Assembly: GCF_009914755.1 (NCBI RefSeq)
Contig: NC_060947.1
DNA from: the human T2T-CHM13v2.0 reference genome, Homo sapiens
Direction: 5' to 3' (one strand)
DNA: 64,000 nt
The notes under the pieces were generated by a model. It was not told the DNA's origin. It searched no databases and saw only the letters and a list, made by a program, of their open reading frames with translations. The position numbers and the translations under genes are program-made. Shown piece by piece: positions 38,303 through 51,699 of this stretch. Each line of letters opens with the position of its first letter. Position 1 is the first letter of the stretch.

Positions 38303-39294
38303 TATATATTTATAACTGTATATCAATATAAACATAGATATAGGTATGTGTGTACATGCATGAATGTATATCATACAGATCTGCCAGGTTAGAACTATTA
38401 TATTAATATCTTCCTGACAAATTGAATAAATGAATAATTCTAGATGTGGAAAGGTTATCATTATAATTAGTTATAACTATAATATTATAATAATACAAAG
38501 ATCTGAATGAATGGCTTCTCCCAGATAATATTGTATTGAAAGTATATATATACCTTTTAAAAAATGAACATAATTAAGTTGCTCTAATGGAAGAAAAATC
38601 ACACCTCGTTTTGTACCATGTACATCAATTGACGTTTGATAATAAAGTGCAGATTTCCACACACAGCACACGGCAACACCTTGGTCACCTTATCATTCCA
38701 TCCAATCTGTGATATTAAGATTGTATATGATCTCCTAAGATTTATTCAACTCATTATATATTCCCCCTGAAAGAAAGTGGGGATGGTAGACTCTCCCATT
38801 CATTTCTCTTAATTTTTGCACAGAATGCCCTTCATTGTGATACATACATTGTACTATCCTCCTAGATCATTACATGTGAGATGCAAAAGTTCCTTTTACC
38901 CTAATTTCAGTCATTTATAATTTTTAAATTTATTAGTTAAAAGTATAATAGTTATTTCTACTTTTTAGTAGCATTTGAAGATAAGAGACAAATACCTTAC
39001 CCAGAATTATCTGGATGATTCAGTTAAATTTGTTAACTTTATTATGTGATAGGCCATTGAATTTTCCTGCACTGTAATATGAATTGTGTAGATAAAAACA
39101 TTTACTCAAATGCAGCTCTAGCCTCACTTATATTTTCTATTCTATTTTATATTTTAAAAAACTAAATGTAATTTCCATAAGAGCTGTATGGAAACACAGC
39201 TGCCAGAGAGCATGGCATAATGTGGACAAGTGACACTGGGAGGGAACAGTCAGAAATTAGGTCAGTTTTCCTGTCCAAAAGCTTTGCTGGGGAG

Positions 39295-40570
39295 AATGAA
39301 AATGGGAAACAGAAAAAAGCAGGGGTTGCAATCCTAATTTCAGATAAAACAGACTGTAAACCCACAAAGATCAAAAAAGACAAAGGAGAGTATTACATAG
39401 CACTAAAGGACTCAATTCAACAAGAAGGCCTAACTATCCTAAATATATATGCACCCAAAACAGTGGCACCCAGATTCATAAAGCAAGTTCTTAGAGACCT
39501 ACAAACTTAGACTGCGACACAATAATAGTGAGAGACTTCAACATTCTACTGATAGCATTAGACAGATCATAGAAGCAAAAAATTAACAAAGATATTCAAG
39601 ACCTAAGCTCAACAATGGACAAAATGGATCTGATAGACCTTTACAGAACTCTCTAGCCGAAACCAGGATATACATTCTTCTCATTGCCACGTGGCACATA
39701 CTCAAAAATTGACCACATAATTGGGCATAAAACAATATTCAGCAAATGCAAAATAACTGAAATTATACCAAACAGACTCTTGGATCACAGTGCAATAAAA
39801 ATAGAAGTCAAGCCTGAAAAAAAAATCACTAAAAACTACGCAATTACATGGAAATTAAACAACATGTTCCTAAATGACTTTTGGATAAATAATGAAATTA
39901 AAGGAGAAACCAAGAAGTTCTTTGAAACTAACGCAAAGGTAAAACATACCAGAATCCCTGGGACCCCGTTAAGCAGTGTTAAGAAGGAAGTTTATGACAC
40001 TAAATGCCCACATCAAAAAGTTAGAAAGATATCAGATGAGCAACCGAGCATCACCATTTGAGGAACTAGAGAAATGAGAGCAAACCAACCCCAAAGCTAA
40101 CAGAAGACCAGAAATACTCAAAATCAGAGCTGAACTGAAGAAAATTACGACACAAAAACCATACCAACAAATCAACGAATCTAGGAGTTGGTTCTTTGAA
40201 AGAATTAATAAAATAGGCTGCTAGCTAGACTAGTAAATAAATAGAGAAATATTAAAACAAATGCAGTCAGAAATGACAAAGGGGACATTATCACTGACCC
40301 CACAGAAATACAAAACAAAAACAAAAACAAAAAAAACCCGAAAAACCCTGACACTACTGTGAACACCTCTATGCACACAAACTAGAAAACTTAGAAGAAA
40401 TGGATAAATTCCTGGAACCCTACGACTTCTCAAGATTGAAGCAGGAAATAATTGAATCCCTGAGCAAACCAATAATTATTTCCAAAATTGAATCAGTAGT
40501 AAAAAGCCTATTAACAAGAAAATGCTCAGGACCAGATGGATTCACAGCATAATTCTACAAGATGTGTATA

Positions 40571-40605
<35 letters not shown>

Positions 40606-41396
40606 AAATAAACTGGTACCATTTCTACTAAAACTATTCCAAAAAATTGAGAACGAGATACTCCTCCCTAACTCATTCTTTGAGACCAGCATCATCCTGA
40701 TACCAAAACCTGGTAGAGACACAGCAAAAAAAAAACTTCAGGCAAATATCCTTGATGAACATTGATGCAAAAATCCTCAGCAGAATACTAGCAAACCAAA
40801 TCCAGCAGCACATAAAAAAGCTAATACACCATAATCAAGTAAGCTTTATCCCTAGGATGCATGGTTTGTTCAACATATGCAAATCAATAAATGATATTCA
40901 CCACATAAGCAGTACTAAAAAAACAAAAATCACATGATTATCTCCACAGATGCAGTAAAGACTTTTGACAAAATTTAACATCTCTTCATGTTAACAACCC
41001 TCAACAAACTGGGCATTGAAGAAACATACTCTAAAATAATAAGAACCATCTATGACAAGCCTATAGCAAACATCGTACTGAATGGGCAAAGGCTAGAAGC
41101 ACTCCCCATGAAAACCGGAACAAGACGAGGATGCCCAATCTCACCACTCCTATTTACCATAATACTGGATGTCCAGGTCAGAGCATTCAGGCAAGAGAAA
41201 TAAAGAAAATCCATCCAAATAGGAAGAGAAAAAGTCGTACTATCCCTTTTTACCAATGATATAATTCTATACCTTGAAAATCCCATAGTCTCTGCCCAAG
41301 AACTCCTTGATCTGATAAACAACTTCATCAAAGTGTCAGGATGCAAAATCAATGTGCAAAAATCAGTAGCATTCCTATACAACAATAACATGCAAG
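39295..41396 (+). mobile_element. L1P ORF2 fragment (endonuclease to RT), no 3' end
   Basis: ORFs give KAGVAILISDK, LNIYAP, TYSKIDH, IDAKIL and [15 protein letters not shown]; the catalytic FADD motif has decayed to FTND near 41248; multiple stops. Confidence 0.95.
40574..40600. repeat. (TG)n inside L1 ORF2
   Basis: Seen directly. Confidence 0.95.
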
Positions 41397-41419
41397 TTTC
41401 TAAGCTTACATGGCTCTAG

Positions 41420-42480
41420 CCATGCCTCTTATTGTTAAAATAATGACTATCCAAAATTTTGTATATATCCTCACTTTATAGATGAATCTATGGACCTTAT
41501 TTTGGAAAATTTACTTCAGCTTACCATTTTAAAATTGTATACAATTTTATGATTTGTGGTTTTCATTGTGCTTCTAACATTTATCTAGATTGATGCATGA
41601 GCCCCATTAATATTACTGTGGTAGTAAAATTCATTGTGTGCATGTACTACAATGTATTTATCTATTCTCTGATTGATCAACATTTGGGTTGTTTTCAGGT
41701 TTTGATTATTATACAAATGGTCTCCTGACCATTTGTGTACACGTCACTTGCAAACAGACACACATTTTTGAGATATTCACCTGAGAGTAAGATTCCTCAA
41801 TTTTAAGCTTTACAAGATAATTCCAATTTGTTTGCTAAGTTGTTTGTACAAGTTACATTTTTATGAAGAGTCTATAGCAGTTTCCTTTAATCTATACATG
41901 TCAAGGTGTGTACCTGACATCTTAAAACTTATAATTTTTATGGCTGACTTTTGAACATGCTAAAATATTTCTTTGTAGATTTGATTTACATTTCTCTAAT
42001 TAGTAGTAGTTCCAGCATTATTTCAGGTATATATTTGCACCTTTTTTTCCTATTTTATGTAACTCCTTTTCCTGTTTTTGTTATTTTTTCCAAAAATTAT
42101 GTATGTTGTCCCTTTCTTTTTGATTTTCAGGTATTATATAATTTATAGGGATGACTTTTTAAGTGATAAATATTGCAAATATTTTCACCCGCTTTGTGAA
42201 TTGTCATTTTTGTCTCCTTTTATGGTGTTTATAATAAAAATAATTATTTAATGTAATATAGTCAGTTGCAGCATTTTCTTATGGGTCTAGCTCATGAAAT
42301 CCATCTCTACTCCCAAAAGCATAAAGATATCTCTATATTTTCTTCTGAAAGTTCTAAAGTTTTGCCTTTTACTTACTTTGTTTTAACTTTTTTTTTTTTT
42401 TTTGGAGACGTAGTTTCGTTCTTGTCGCCCAGGCTGGAGTGTCATTTTAACTTTTAAAACATCCTGTTCTGTTTCATTGG
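41420..42480 (-). mobile_element. Old L1ME 3' region
   Basis: CATTTGGGTTGTTTTCAGGTTTTGATTATTA; TATTGCAAATATTTTCACCC. Confidence 0.65.
42392..42444 (-). mobile_element. Severely 5'-truncated Alu with 11-bp TSD
   Basis: TSD TTTTAACTTTT at 42381-42391 and 42445-42455; insert polyT-GGAGACGTAGTTTCGTTCTTGTCGCCCAGGCTGGAGTG. Confidence 0.92.
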
Positions 42481-42622
42481 TAAGTACATTTTTTCAAAAG
42501 TTTAATTATGCTTCCATAGTTGTGAAGACAGATATACATTTAAAACATAAAAATCAGAACCTCAACAGAACCCCAGAGGTGAGCAGAGTAGGTAGGTCAG
42601 GTGTGATGTATATGGCAAATAG

Positions 42623-43069
<447 letters not shown>

Positions 43070-43624
43070 TAGAAACCGTTCTGATACCATTGCTATAGGT
43101 CCTATGGGTAACTAGTACCTCTTTTAAGCAGCAGGCCTCTGGGGCCTGTGAGTGCTGGATGAACACTTATAAGCTAGTAATGTAATTATGTGATAGAGAG
43201 CAAGAGCCACAGAAGCTGGTGGAGAAAAGAGTATACAGCTGGGTGACATGGTAGTAGATATAAATGAAACTTATTTATTACTATTGTGAATGAATTAACA
43301 TATACAATGAAACCCAGGGTGTATATAAATAGGTAGTTTGCTTCAGCGAATTATTGGTAATGAGCCTATAAAAATGACTTAAAAATTGGCAGAAATGTTT
43401 CTGAAGTTGATGATACAATGGCTAAATGATTAAAAGTCACCTATATCTAAATCCTTAATATATTCAAAGTTGATTTTTATTAATCTTATAAAATTTGGAT
43501 TTTGAATGATTTTTCCATAAGGATATCTGAGTGTGTGATAACAATTTATTGAATAATCAGTCCGTCTTTTCCTAATGGATCTATCCCTATGTTACTACTA
43601 CTCTCTATGTTACATATAAGTAAT

Positions 43625-44020
43625 TGTGATGGTTAATTTTATGTGTCAACTTGATGAGCTATGAGATGACCAAATTAAATATAATTTCTTGGTGTGGTCA
43701 TGAGGGTGTTTGAGTGTTAAATTAACATTTTAATTCCTGGAAGGAGGAATTCACTTTTTCATTTTCTTCCTCTCTGCCTACTTAAGCTGGGGCATCTTAT
43801 CTCATCTTCTAAGGCTCTCGAACTGGGATTCAGCTTCCCTGGTTTTCAGGTCTTTGACTCAGAGTGAATTATGTCATTGGCTTTTCTGGGTCTCCAGATT
43901 GCACACAACAGATCATGGAACTTCTCAACCTTCATTATTGCATGAAGAAATTTTCTATAATTGATTTTCTTTTCTTTCTGTCTCTATTTATTATCTATCA
44001 TCTATCTATATCTATCTATC

Positions 44021-44071
<51 letters not shown>

Positions 44072-44135
44072 GTTATCATCATTATCAACTAGCTCATACT
44101 TGGTTCTGTTTCTCTGGTAAACCCTGACAAATACA
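43625..44135 (+). mobile_element. MLT2 (C/D-like) solo LTR with (TCTA)n
   Basis: TGTGATGGTTAATTTTATGTGTCAACTTGA...TGGTTCTGTTTCTCTGGTAAACCCTGACAAATACA; TCTA array ~43990-44070. Confidence 0.92.
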
Positions 44136-44139
44136 ATAA

Positions 44140-45830
44140 CTTTATAATGTACTTTGATATATTGAAGGTTGAATTCTCCCACGATATTTTCTTTTTCAAC
44201 ATACAATTGTATATGTTAGAATCACTTCTTTCCATATAGGTTTTAGAATCAGCATGTTGCTATTGTAAGTGATAGTTTTTTTAAATTATACTTTCCAGAT
44301 CTGTGGCTGTTGTACAGAAATGCAATACGTTTATATGTACTGATTTATGTTCCCAAAATAGTGCTAATAGCTTAACTATTTTTACAGTTTAATCTGTATG
44401 TCATTTTGCTTCCTCTCCCACATCAATTTCAGAAATTAATTTCCAAGTGCCCTTCAAATTCTGTTCAAATTTTGTTCGTCATATCACTTATTATAAAAAT
44501 AACTGAGAGGAGATTTGACTTATTTTTATGCCTCTCTATTTATATAGATGTTTCTTGTTGATAATGAATAAAACTTTATACTTTTCTAGATCTTTTCAGG
44601 GTTATTGTTGCTATCTTAAATAAATATTTAAAGTGAATTTCCTAATTATTGGAGTAGACAATTGCTATTAATTTTTAGATTATGATTTTTTGGTTAAACT
44701 TTCTAATTAAATCTAATAGAGCATCTGTAGTTCTATTAGTGTTTCTATTCATACAATAATATCAGATGCATATAATGCATTATTGCTTTTCTTTGCATTT
44801 TTCTTGATGTAGTGAACTGGCTGAGCTTTCCAAGATGTGGTTGAACTGAAGTGAAGATAGAGAATATTCTTCTATTTTTCCTCATTTAAATGAGCACAAT
44901 TTTATTAGGTTACCATTATGAATGATGATTGCTGTTGATGTCTGAGATCTGATTTGTGATGACCATTAAAACCTTTTAAGTTTTTATTTCAGCCAAGAAA
45001 TTTTGCTTGTTAATGTTTCCTTGACTGTTGTTCCTTATACTTTAAGTGAACTGACCTTCAATCTTTCTCTGTAACTCTTGATATTATCATACAATTTTTT
45101 CATCAAGTCTCTTAAAGTGGTAAATGATGTTTGAAAATTTGCTTATATAAAATCACTCTTTAACCATAATGGTCATGATTTACTATATTTTTAAGGGTTT
45201 ATTCAATTCTGTTTACTAATATTTTATTCAGAATATTTACTTCTAAATTCATAAGTAACATGGGTCTATATTTTTTAATATTGTAAGTTTCATTTTGGTA
45301 TTAAGATTTTATTTTTTATAGCATAGTTGAAGAATAATCTAATTTTTCCAATTTCTTTGACTAGTATATATAAAATTGGAATTATTTCTCCCTTCAAATT
45401 TTTGTAATAGTGCCCTACCAAATTTTAGATAAGCCACCAAAATTTGGATGATTAGAAGACCCCAATAAACAGGAATCTGGCATTGATCATGAAGATTATT
45501 TAGACCTACCAAAAAATCTTCTTTGTGTGAAGATTTTTTTTAAATTAAGCTAAATCAGGTTTCCTACTTGTTAAATCAGTTTTTGATATTTGTCCATATC
45601 ATCTGAGTTTTCAAATTTACAGATATCAGTATTCTCATACTATGTTTTTATTCTCTTTTAAACCTCTTCTCTATTTGTGGTTATATCTTTTCATTAGTAT
45701 TAGTATTTCTTTGGAATTCTTATTTTTCTTAACTATTTGTTTAAACATTTTATCAATCTTTTCAAAGAACCAAATTTTTATATGTGTTAGTGTTATATTT
45801 TTAATAATTATATTAATATTGTTTTGAATG
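44140..45830 (-). mobile_element. Old L1ME ORF2 fragments
   Basis: Patches such as GGTTTTAGAATCAGC, ATACAATAATATCAGATGCATATAATG and TTTTATCAATCTTTTCAAAGAACCA. Confidence 0.6.
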
Positions 45831-46869
45831 CAAATACCAGGCTTCTGGATAAGGGCAGGTTTATTATTATTATATACATAATAGTAGCTATGCTAATTTC
45901 CCTTTGCCTCAGTGCTTAACCCTAGCATAAAACTATGAGAGACAAATGTCATCATGTGCATATTGGAGTAGGTAAAAAATACCAAAAGTATAAATCTGGG
46001 CATTTATATAGAAGAGAGAGTTTCTTGTCATCCCCTAATGAAAGGAGGAGAAAAATACTTTTCTCCTTGAGAAGAATTCTTAGTTTTTACTCTCACACTT
46101 TGTAATGTAAATAAGTTTCTTCAGTAGAAAGATGAGACTAGTGTCTTTATAAAATGTCTCCATCTTTATAACCCAAGACATCTCTCTATAATCCAAAGTT
46201 TCATTCTCCTTTGAAATCTCAACATATATATTTTCAGAAGGAAACTCCTTGTAGGTGGTCTGTCACTATTATCTGTCATAATTTAACTTCTAGACTTGTT
46301 GATAAGTTCAGATTCCAAGTTTTAGTACGATTTACTAAAAAAAAACCTAGCATGCAGAAACAAAAATATTTTCTCTACAGCTTCACTTTGAGCTTTTGCT
46401 TTATTTTTCATGAATTTCTGCTATATATTATTTCTTTTATTCTTGTTTACTTGGTTTTATCTGTGTGGTTTTTAAGTTTTTAAGTTAGATACTTACCTTG
46501 TTTTTGGACTTTTATATGTATCTATGCATTGAAGCCATAACATTCCTAAGTTAAGCTTATGCTATATTCCATGGCACTCTTCAATGTAAGTAAATTTTTT
46601 GCTGTCTTGTTAAATATTTCAACACTATTTTTATTAAAGTTATATTGCCATGTTCAGAAGAAAAAAAATCGAGAGTCAAACAAAGTTACTTTTCTTTTTA
46701 TTGCAAGTGCTATTAATATACATAAGAAATTACAAGTTATTACAAGTGCTATTAATATACATAAGAAAAATATAACCACCTTCAGCCAGTTTCTGATATG
46801 AATTATACAAAGTGACATGATCAAGTGTTAACTACTAGTTTTAAATAGCTATGGCTATTTTGAAATACT

Positions 46870-47630
46870 TAACGCTTTTCACAATTGAAATACTTATTGA
46901 TATTTTCGAAGAATCATAGGCAGTTGGAAAAAATAACACAGAGATGGTTTTATAAATCTTGCCCAGTTTCTTCCTGATAACATTGTGCAAAATTATAGTA
47001 TAATATTGCAAACAGAATTTTGACATTGATAACATTCATTGATCTTATTCAGATTTTCCCAGATTTGCTTGTCCTCATTCGTGTATGTTTTCTTTTTCTT
47101 TTCTTTTTTGCTTCTTGAGACAAAGTCTTGCTCTATCACCCAGGCTGGAGTGCAGTGGTGTGTGATTTTGGCTGTCTGCAACCTCCGCCTCCCAGGTTCA
47201 AGGGATTCTCCTGCCTCAGCCTCCCAAGTACCTGGATTACAGGCATGTGCCAACAAGCTTGGCTAATTTTTATATTTTTAGTAGAGACGGTGTTTTGCCA
47301 TGATGGCCAGGCTGGTCTTGAACTACTGGCCCGAAGCAATCCACCCGACTCAGCCTCCCAAAGTGTTGGGATTACAGATGTGAGCCACCACGGCTGGCCT
47401 TTGTATGTTTTTGTGCATGCTGATCTGTATACAATTTTGTCACATTTGTAAATTATGTGTTCACGCTACAGTCAAAATGATCAACTGCTCTAACATTACA
47501 AGAATCCCTTGCATTGCCCTTTTATAATGACAAACTCATGACTCCCACCCTCCTTTCTGTCTTAATCCTTAGCAACTACCATTCTGTCTCCCATTTTTAA
47601 AATGTTATAATTTCAAACATGTTATATAAG
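46870..47630 (-). mobile_element. L1MC-like 3' end interrupted by an Alu
   Basis: AAATAACACAGAGATGG...CCCAGTTTCTTCC...TTGACATTGATA...TCTTATTCAGATTTTCCCAG. Confidence 0.75.
47090..47399 (-). mobile_element. Alu (old AluS/AluJb-like)
   Basis: TGAGACAAAGTCTTGCTCTATCACCCAGGCTGG...GAGCCACCACGGCTGGCC; TSD about TGTATGTTTT. Confidence 0.96.
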
Positions 47631-47715
47631 CCAGAAAAGTGGCATGAAGAACTCCAAGAATGTCCTTAGAGGAACAATCACAAATAACAAAAATTATTTC
47701 AAAATCATCATGTAA

Positions 47716-48440
47716 AGGGATTGCTGGGTTGAAAGGTAGTTCTGTTTTCAGAGTTTGAGGAATCTCCATGCTGCTTTCCACAATGGTTGAACTAATACCC
47801 AGAGGAATATATATATATATATAATATATATATATAAAATATATATATATTATATATATATATTTATATATATAGATATATAGAATTATATATAGATATA
47901 TAGAGAGATATAGAGAGAGAATTATATATATATATATATATATATGTAATTCTACAATAAAGACACATGCACGCAAATGTTCATTGCAGCACTATTCACA
48001 ATACCAAAGACATGGAGTCAACTAAATGTCCATCAATCACAGATTGGATAAAGAATATGTGGTATATATACACTATGGAATAGTATGCAGTCATAAAAAA
48101 GAAGACCATGCCTTTTACCAGAACATGGATGGAGCTGGAGGCTATTATTCTTAACAAACTAACACAGAAACAGACAACCAAATACCACATGTTCTCACTT
48201 ATAAATTGAAGCTAAATTATGAGAACTCACAAACACAAAAAAGGGAAAAACAGACACTGGGGTATACTTGAGGATGAGGGGTAGGAGAAGGGAGAAGCAG
48301 AGAAAGAAATAACTATTGGATGCTAGGCTTAATACCTGGATGATAAAATAATCTGTACAACAAATCCCTGTAACAAGAGTTTGCCTATATAATAAACCAT
48401 TACATAAACTCCAGAACCTCAAATGAAAGTTTTTAAAAAA
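47716..48440 (+). mobile_element. L1PA13-16-like 3' fragment with 5' inversion and TA microsatellite
   Basis: 47716-47795 antisense GGGATTGCTGGGTTGAAAGGTAG...GGTTGAACTAAT, then sense ACCCAGAGGAATAT...3' UTR; (TA)n ~47806-47946. Confidence 0.9.
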
Positions 48441-48659
48441 GGAAGAAATTGCACATTCCAGGGCCTCCACGCCTGTGTTAGAGTAGAACTGCCCCACTGC
48501 AGAGGTCCAAGGCCTTAGCCTTGCCTTCCTCCTCTCAGCACGGTCTTGCTCAAAAGAATGGCTGACTGAAACCTATATTCAATTTCTTTTATTCATGCAT
48601 GCATATTACCTGACTTTTGTCTGCACATGTAGGGAACAGAATAGTTGAGAATCAAAACA

Positions 48660-49180
48660 TAAAAATTAAATGAATAAAAATGAAAAGACTAGAGAAAATA
48701 AAAATAAGTAAAAACTATCATATAAGGTCTCTGGAAATTGTTCTAACTTTATGCAACAAGTGGAGAAATATTAGTCAAGAAAATATACTAACCTTTGGTA
48801 AGAGCAGCAAGAAGTTTGGGACATTTGACTCAGATTGGTATAGCCAAGAAATCAGGGCTTGCCCTGTGCCCTGCCCCAAGTCTAGGGTTATGATATAATA
48901 TGTACCTCATAGAGGCAGGCTACAAGCATTTCTAATCTGCTCTATTTCATGTGGCAGAAGCTCTATTCTAGGCAAGAATATCTTGAAGGAATGAAGCTCT
49001 AGAAACAGCTAAAGAGAGTTCTTCTAAAACTGGTCTCATACCAAGGTAACTGTGCACATAACCAGAACTTCACTACCTGATAAGTGATATTAGACACTCA
49101 GGGGAAATAGATTTCGCTGAACTAGTCCACTAGTCAAAGAAATTTAATTGTTTAGATTACTAAACAGACAAATAAATAAA
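48660..49180 (+). mobile_element. Old L1M 5' region
   Basis: AAAATAAGTAAAAACTATCATATAAGGTCTCTGGAAATT...CAAGAAAATATACTAACCTTTGGTAAGAGCAG resembles L1MC/MD 5' UTR. Confidence 0.5.
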
Positions 49181-51045
49181 CTTTTTGTTTTATTGATATT
49201 CTCTATTTTTTGCTATTATCTATTTTATTGATTTTTACTCTATATTACTTTATTCTTTTTGCTGTAATTTGGTTCATCTTACTCTTCATTTTCTAGTTCC
49301 TTATAGGGTAAAGTTAGGTAATTCATCTGGGATCTTTCTCTTTTTTAATGTATATGTTTACAGTTCTTAATTTTCTTTAAAGTATTGCCTATGGTGCATC
49401 ACATAAGTTTTGGTGTGCCGTGTTTTATTTTCACTTATCTAAAAGTATTTTCTAATTTTATTTTTTAATTGTTTTTGATTCAATAGTTATTCAAGAGTGG
49501 GTTGTTTTATTTTCATGTGTTTGTGAAATCTCTAATTATTGTTATGTTGTTCACTTCTAATTTCAATCGATTGTGATCAGATAAACTACTTTGTATGTTA
49601 CAATCTTTTAAAATTTACTGAGCATTGTTTTGTGTCAGCAGATGGTATCTCCGTGACTAAGATTCATGTGCACTTGTGAAAATGTGTTTTCTGCTGATTT
49701 TGCATGAAGTATTCTCTGTAGGTCAGACAGGTCTTGGTTTATGGTTTTTCAAGTCCTCAGTTTCTTCGCTGATCTTCTATCTTACTGTATTTATTTCTGA
49801 AAGTAGACTATGGAAGCCTTTAACTAATATTGTATTTAAAGATATCATCTTTGATATTTTTTCCCAAAATTGACCACATCTTTTTTAAGATTCTGTTGTG
49901 TGTGTATATATGTTTTATAATTATTATAAATGTTTAATGAATTGATACTTTTATTATTATATTGCATCCTTCTTTGTCTCATGTAAAGATGTTAAAGTTG
50001 ATTTTGCCTGGTATGAGTATAACTACCTTAGCTCTCATCTGATTAATATTTGCATGGAGTATATATTTCCATTCTTTCACTTTCAGCGCATTTGTGTTTT
50101 TGGATATAAAGTAATATATCTTGAATATATAGTTTTTATCTGGAAATCATACTTTAATAAAGCTGGGGAGACAATAAAGTAAATCTCTTGTAGTCAACAT
50201 ATAGTTGAATTATGTATATTTTATACATTTCTTTAATACCTACCATTTAATTGGAGAGTTTAACCTATTCAGTTTTAAATTAATTATTGTTAAAGAAAAA
50301 CTTAATGCTACCATATTGTTGTTTATTTTCTGTAGGTTTTGTATCTCTTATGTTCTTTCATTTGTTTATTACTGTCTTCTTTTGTGTTTATTTTTATGTA
50401 TACATTTTGATTCCCTTCTCATTTACGTTTTTGTGTGTTTATTTTATATTTACTTGCTTTTATTTGTATATACATATTCTCGTTTTTTTCTTAATGGTTA
50501 CCTGAGGGATTACAATGAACATCTTAAATTTATAGAAATCTAATTTAAATTAATTCCAACTTAGGTTCAATATTACACAAAAATGGTGCTCCCACACAAC
50601 TCTCTGTCCATCCTAATTTATGTTGCCATTTTGTTTATTTATGATGTACTAATTAGTATAGATTTATTATTATTATCTTATTTGACTTTTATATCATATA
50701 GGAAGAAAGTGGAGTTGCCAACCAAAAATACAATAATAATGACCTTTATATTTTCCTGTGTAGTTATCATTTCTAGTATTCTTCATTTCTTCATAGGACT
50801 TGAATTTGTTCTCTACTGACCTTTCATTTCATCTTTTACCTGTTCTTATGAGTCATGTTTGCTAGTAACAGTCTTTCAGCTTTTGTTCATTTTGGAATGT
50901 CCTAATTTCTCCTACATTCTTGAAGGTGATTTTTGGTAGATATAGAATTTTTGCTTTACATGGCTTTTTTCTTTCAACATTTTAAATATTTCATTCTACT
51001 ACCCCTTGGATCATGGTTTCTAATGAGAAATTAGTAATTAATCTT
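49180..51045 (-). mobile_element. Old L1M ORF2 5' (EN) and inter-ORF region
   Basis: GCATCACATAAGTTTTGGTGTGCCGTGTTTTATTTTCAC; TTGCATGGAGTATATATTTCCATTCTTTCACTTTCAG; GATATAGAATTTTTG. Confidence 0.8.
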
Positions 51046-51535
51046 TTTTTATTTATTCAATATTTTAATTTTTAATCTTATGGGTACATAGTTGGTATAT
51101 ATTTATTGGATACATGAAATATTTTGGTAAAGGTATACAATGTGTAGCAATAACATGTGGGTAAATGGTGTATCCATCACCTCAAGCATTTATCATTATT
51201 TTGTGTTACAAACATGGCAATTTTACTATTTTATTTAAAAATATACAATAAATTATTGTTGACTGTAGTAACCCTGTTGTGCTATCAAATACTAGATCTT
51301 ATTCATTCTACCTAAACCTTATTGTTGTATCCATTAATCATTGCCTGATACCCTACCTCCCCACTACCCTTCTGAAACTCTGGTCACCATCCTTCTAATC
51401 TCTATCTTAATTAGTTTTTTTTTCTTTTCATTTTTAGCTCCCACAAATGAGTGAGAACATGACAAATTTGTCATTCTGATACTCTGAACCAGACCTCCAG
51501 TTTCATTTATGTTGTTGTAAATGACAGGGTGTCTT
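51046..51535 (-). mobile_element. L1MA 3' UTR
   Basis: ATGGGTACATAGTTGG...TATCCATCACCTCAAGCATTTATC...TTTAGCTCCCACAAATGAGTGAGAACATG. Confidence 0.9.
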
Positions 51536-51699
51536 TTGAAAAGTCTACACAAACTATTTAGTTTTTAACCTCAAGGAACTAAAAAACAAATGAACAAACA
51601 AACAAAAAAACTAAGCCAAAAGTTAACAAAAGGAACAATATAGTAGTACAGGTTACAGAAGAAATAATTGAAAGAGAGAATAGAATAACAATGGAAAAA

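Noticed and set aside
39220-41391. Endonuclease/reverse-transcriptase-like ORFs as an active element or novel RT system
   Set aside because: This is a fragmented L1 ORF2 with stops, frameshifts and a decayed catalytic motif.
45830-46340. Possible old LTR
   Set aside because: Only a weak impression; no termini or TSD identified.
50205-50819. Hydrophobic ORFs resembling membrane proteins
   Set aside because: T-rich antisense L1 sequence yields F/L/I/Y-rich frames.
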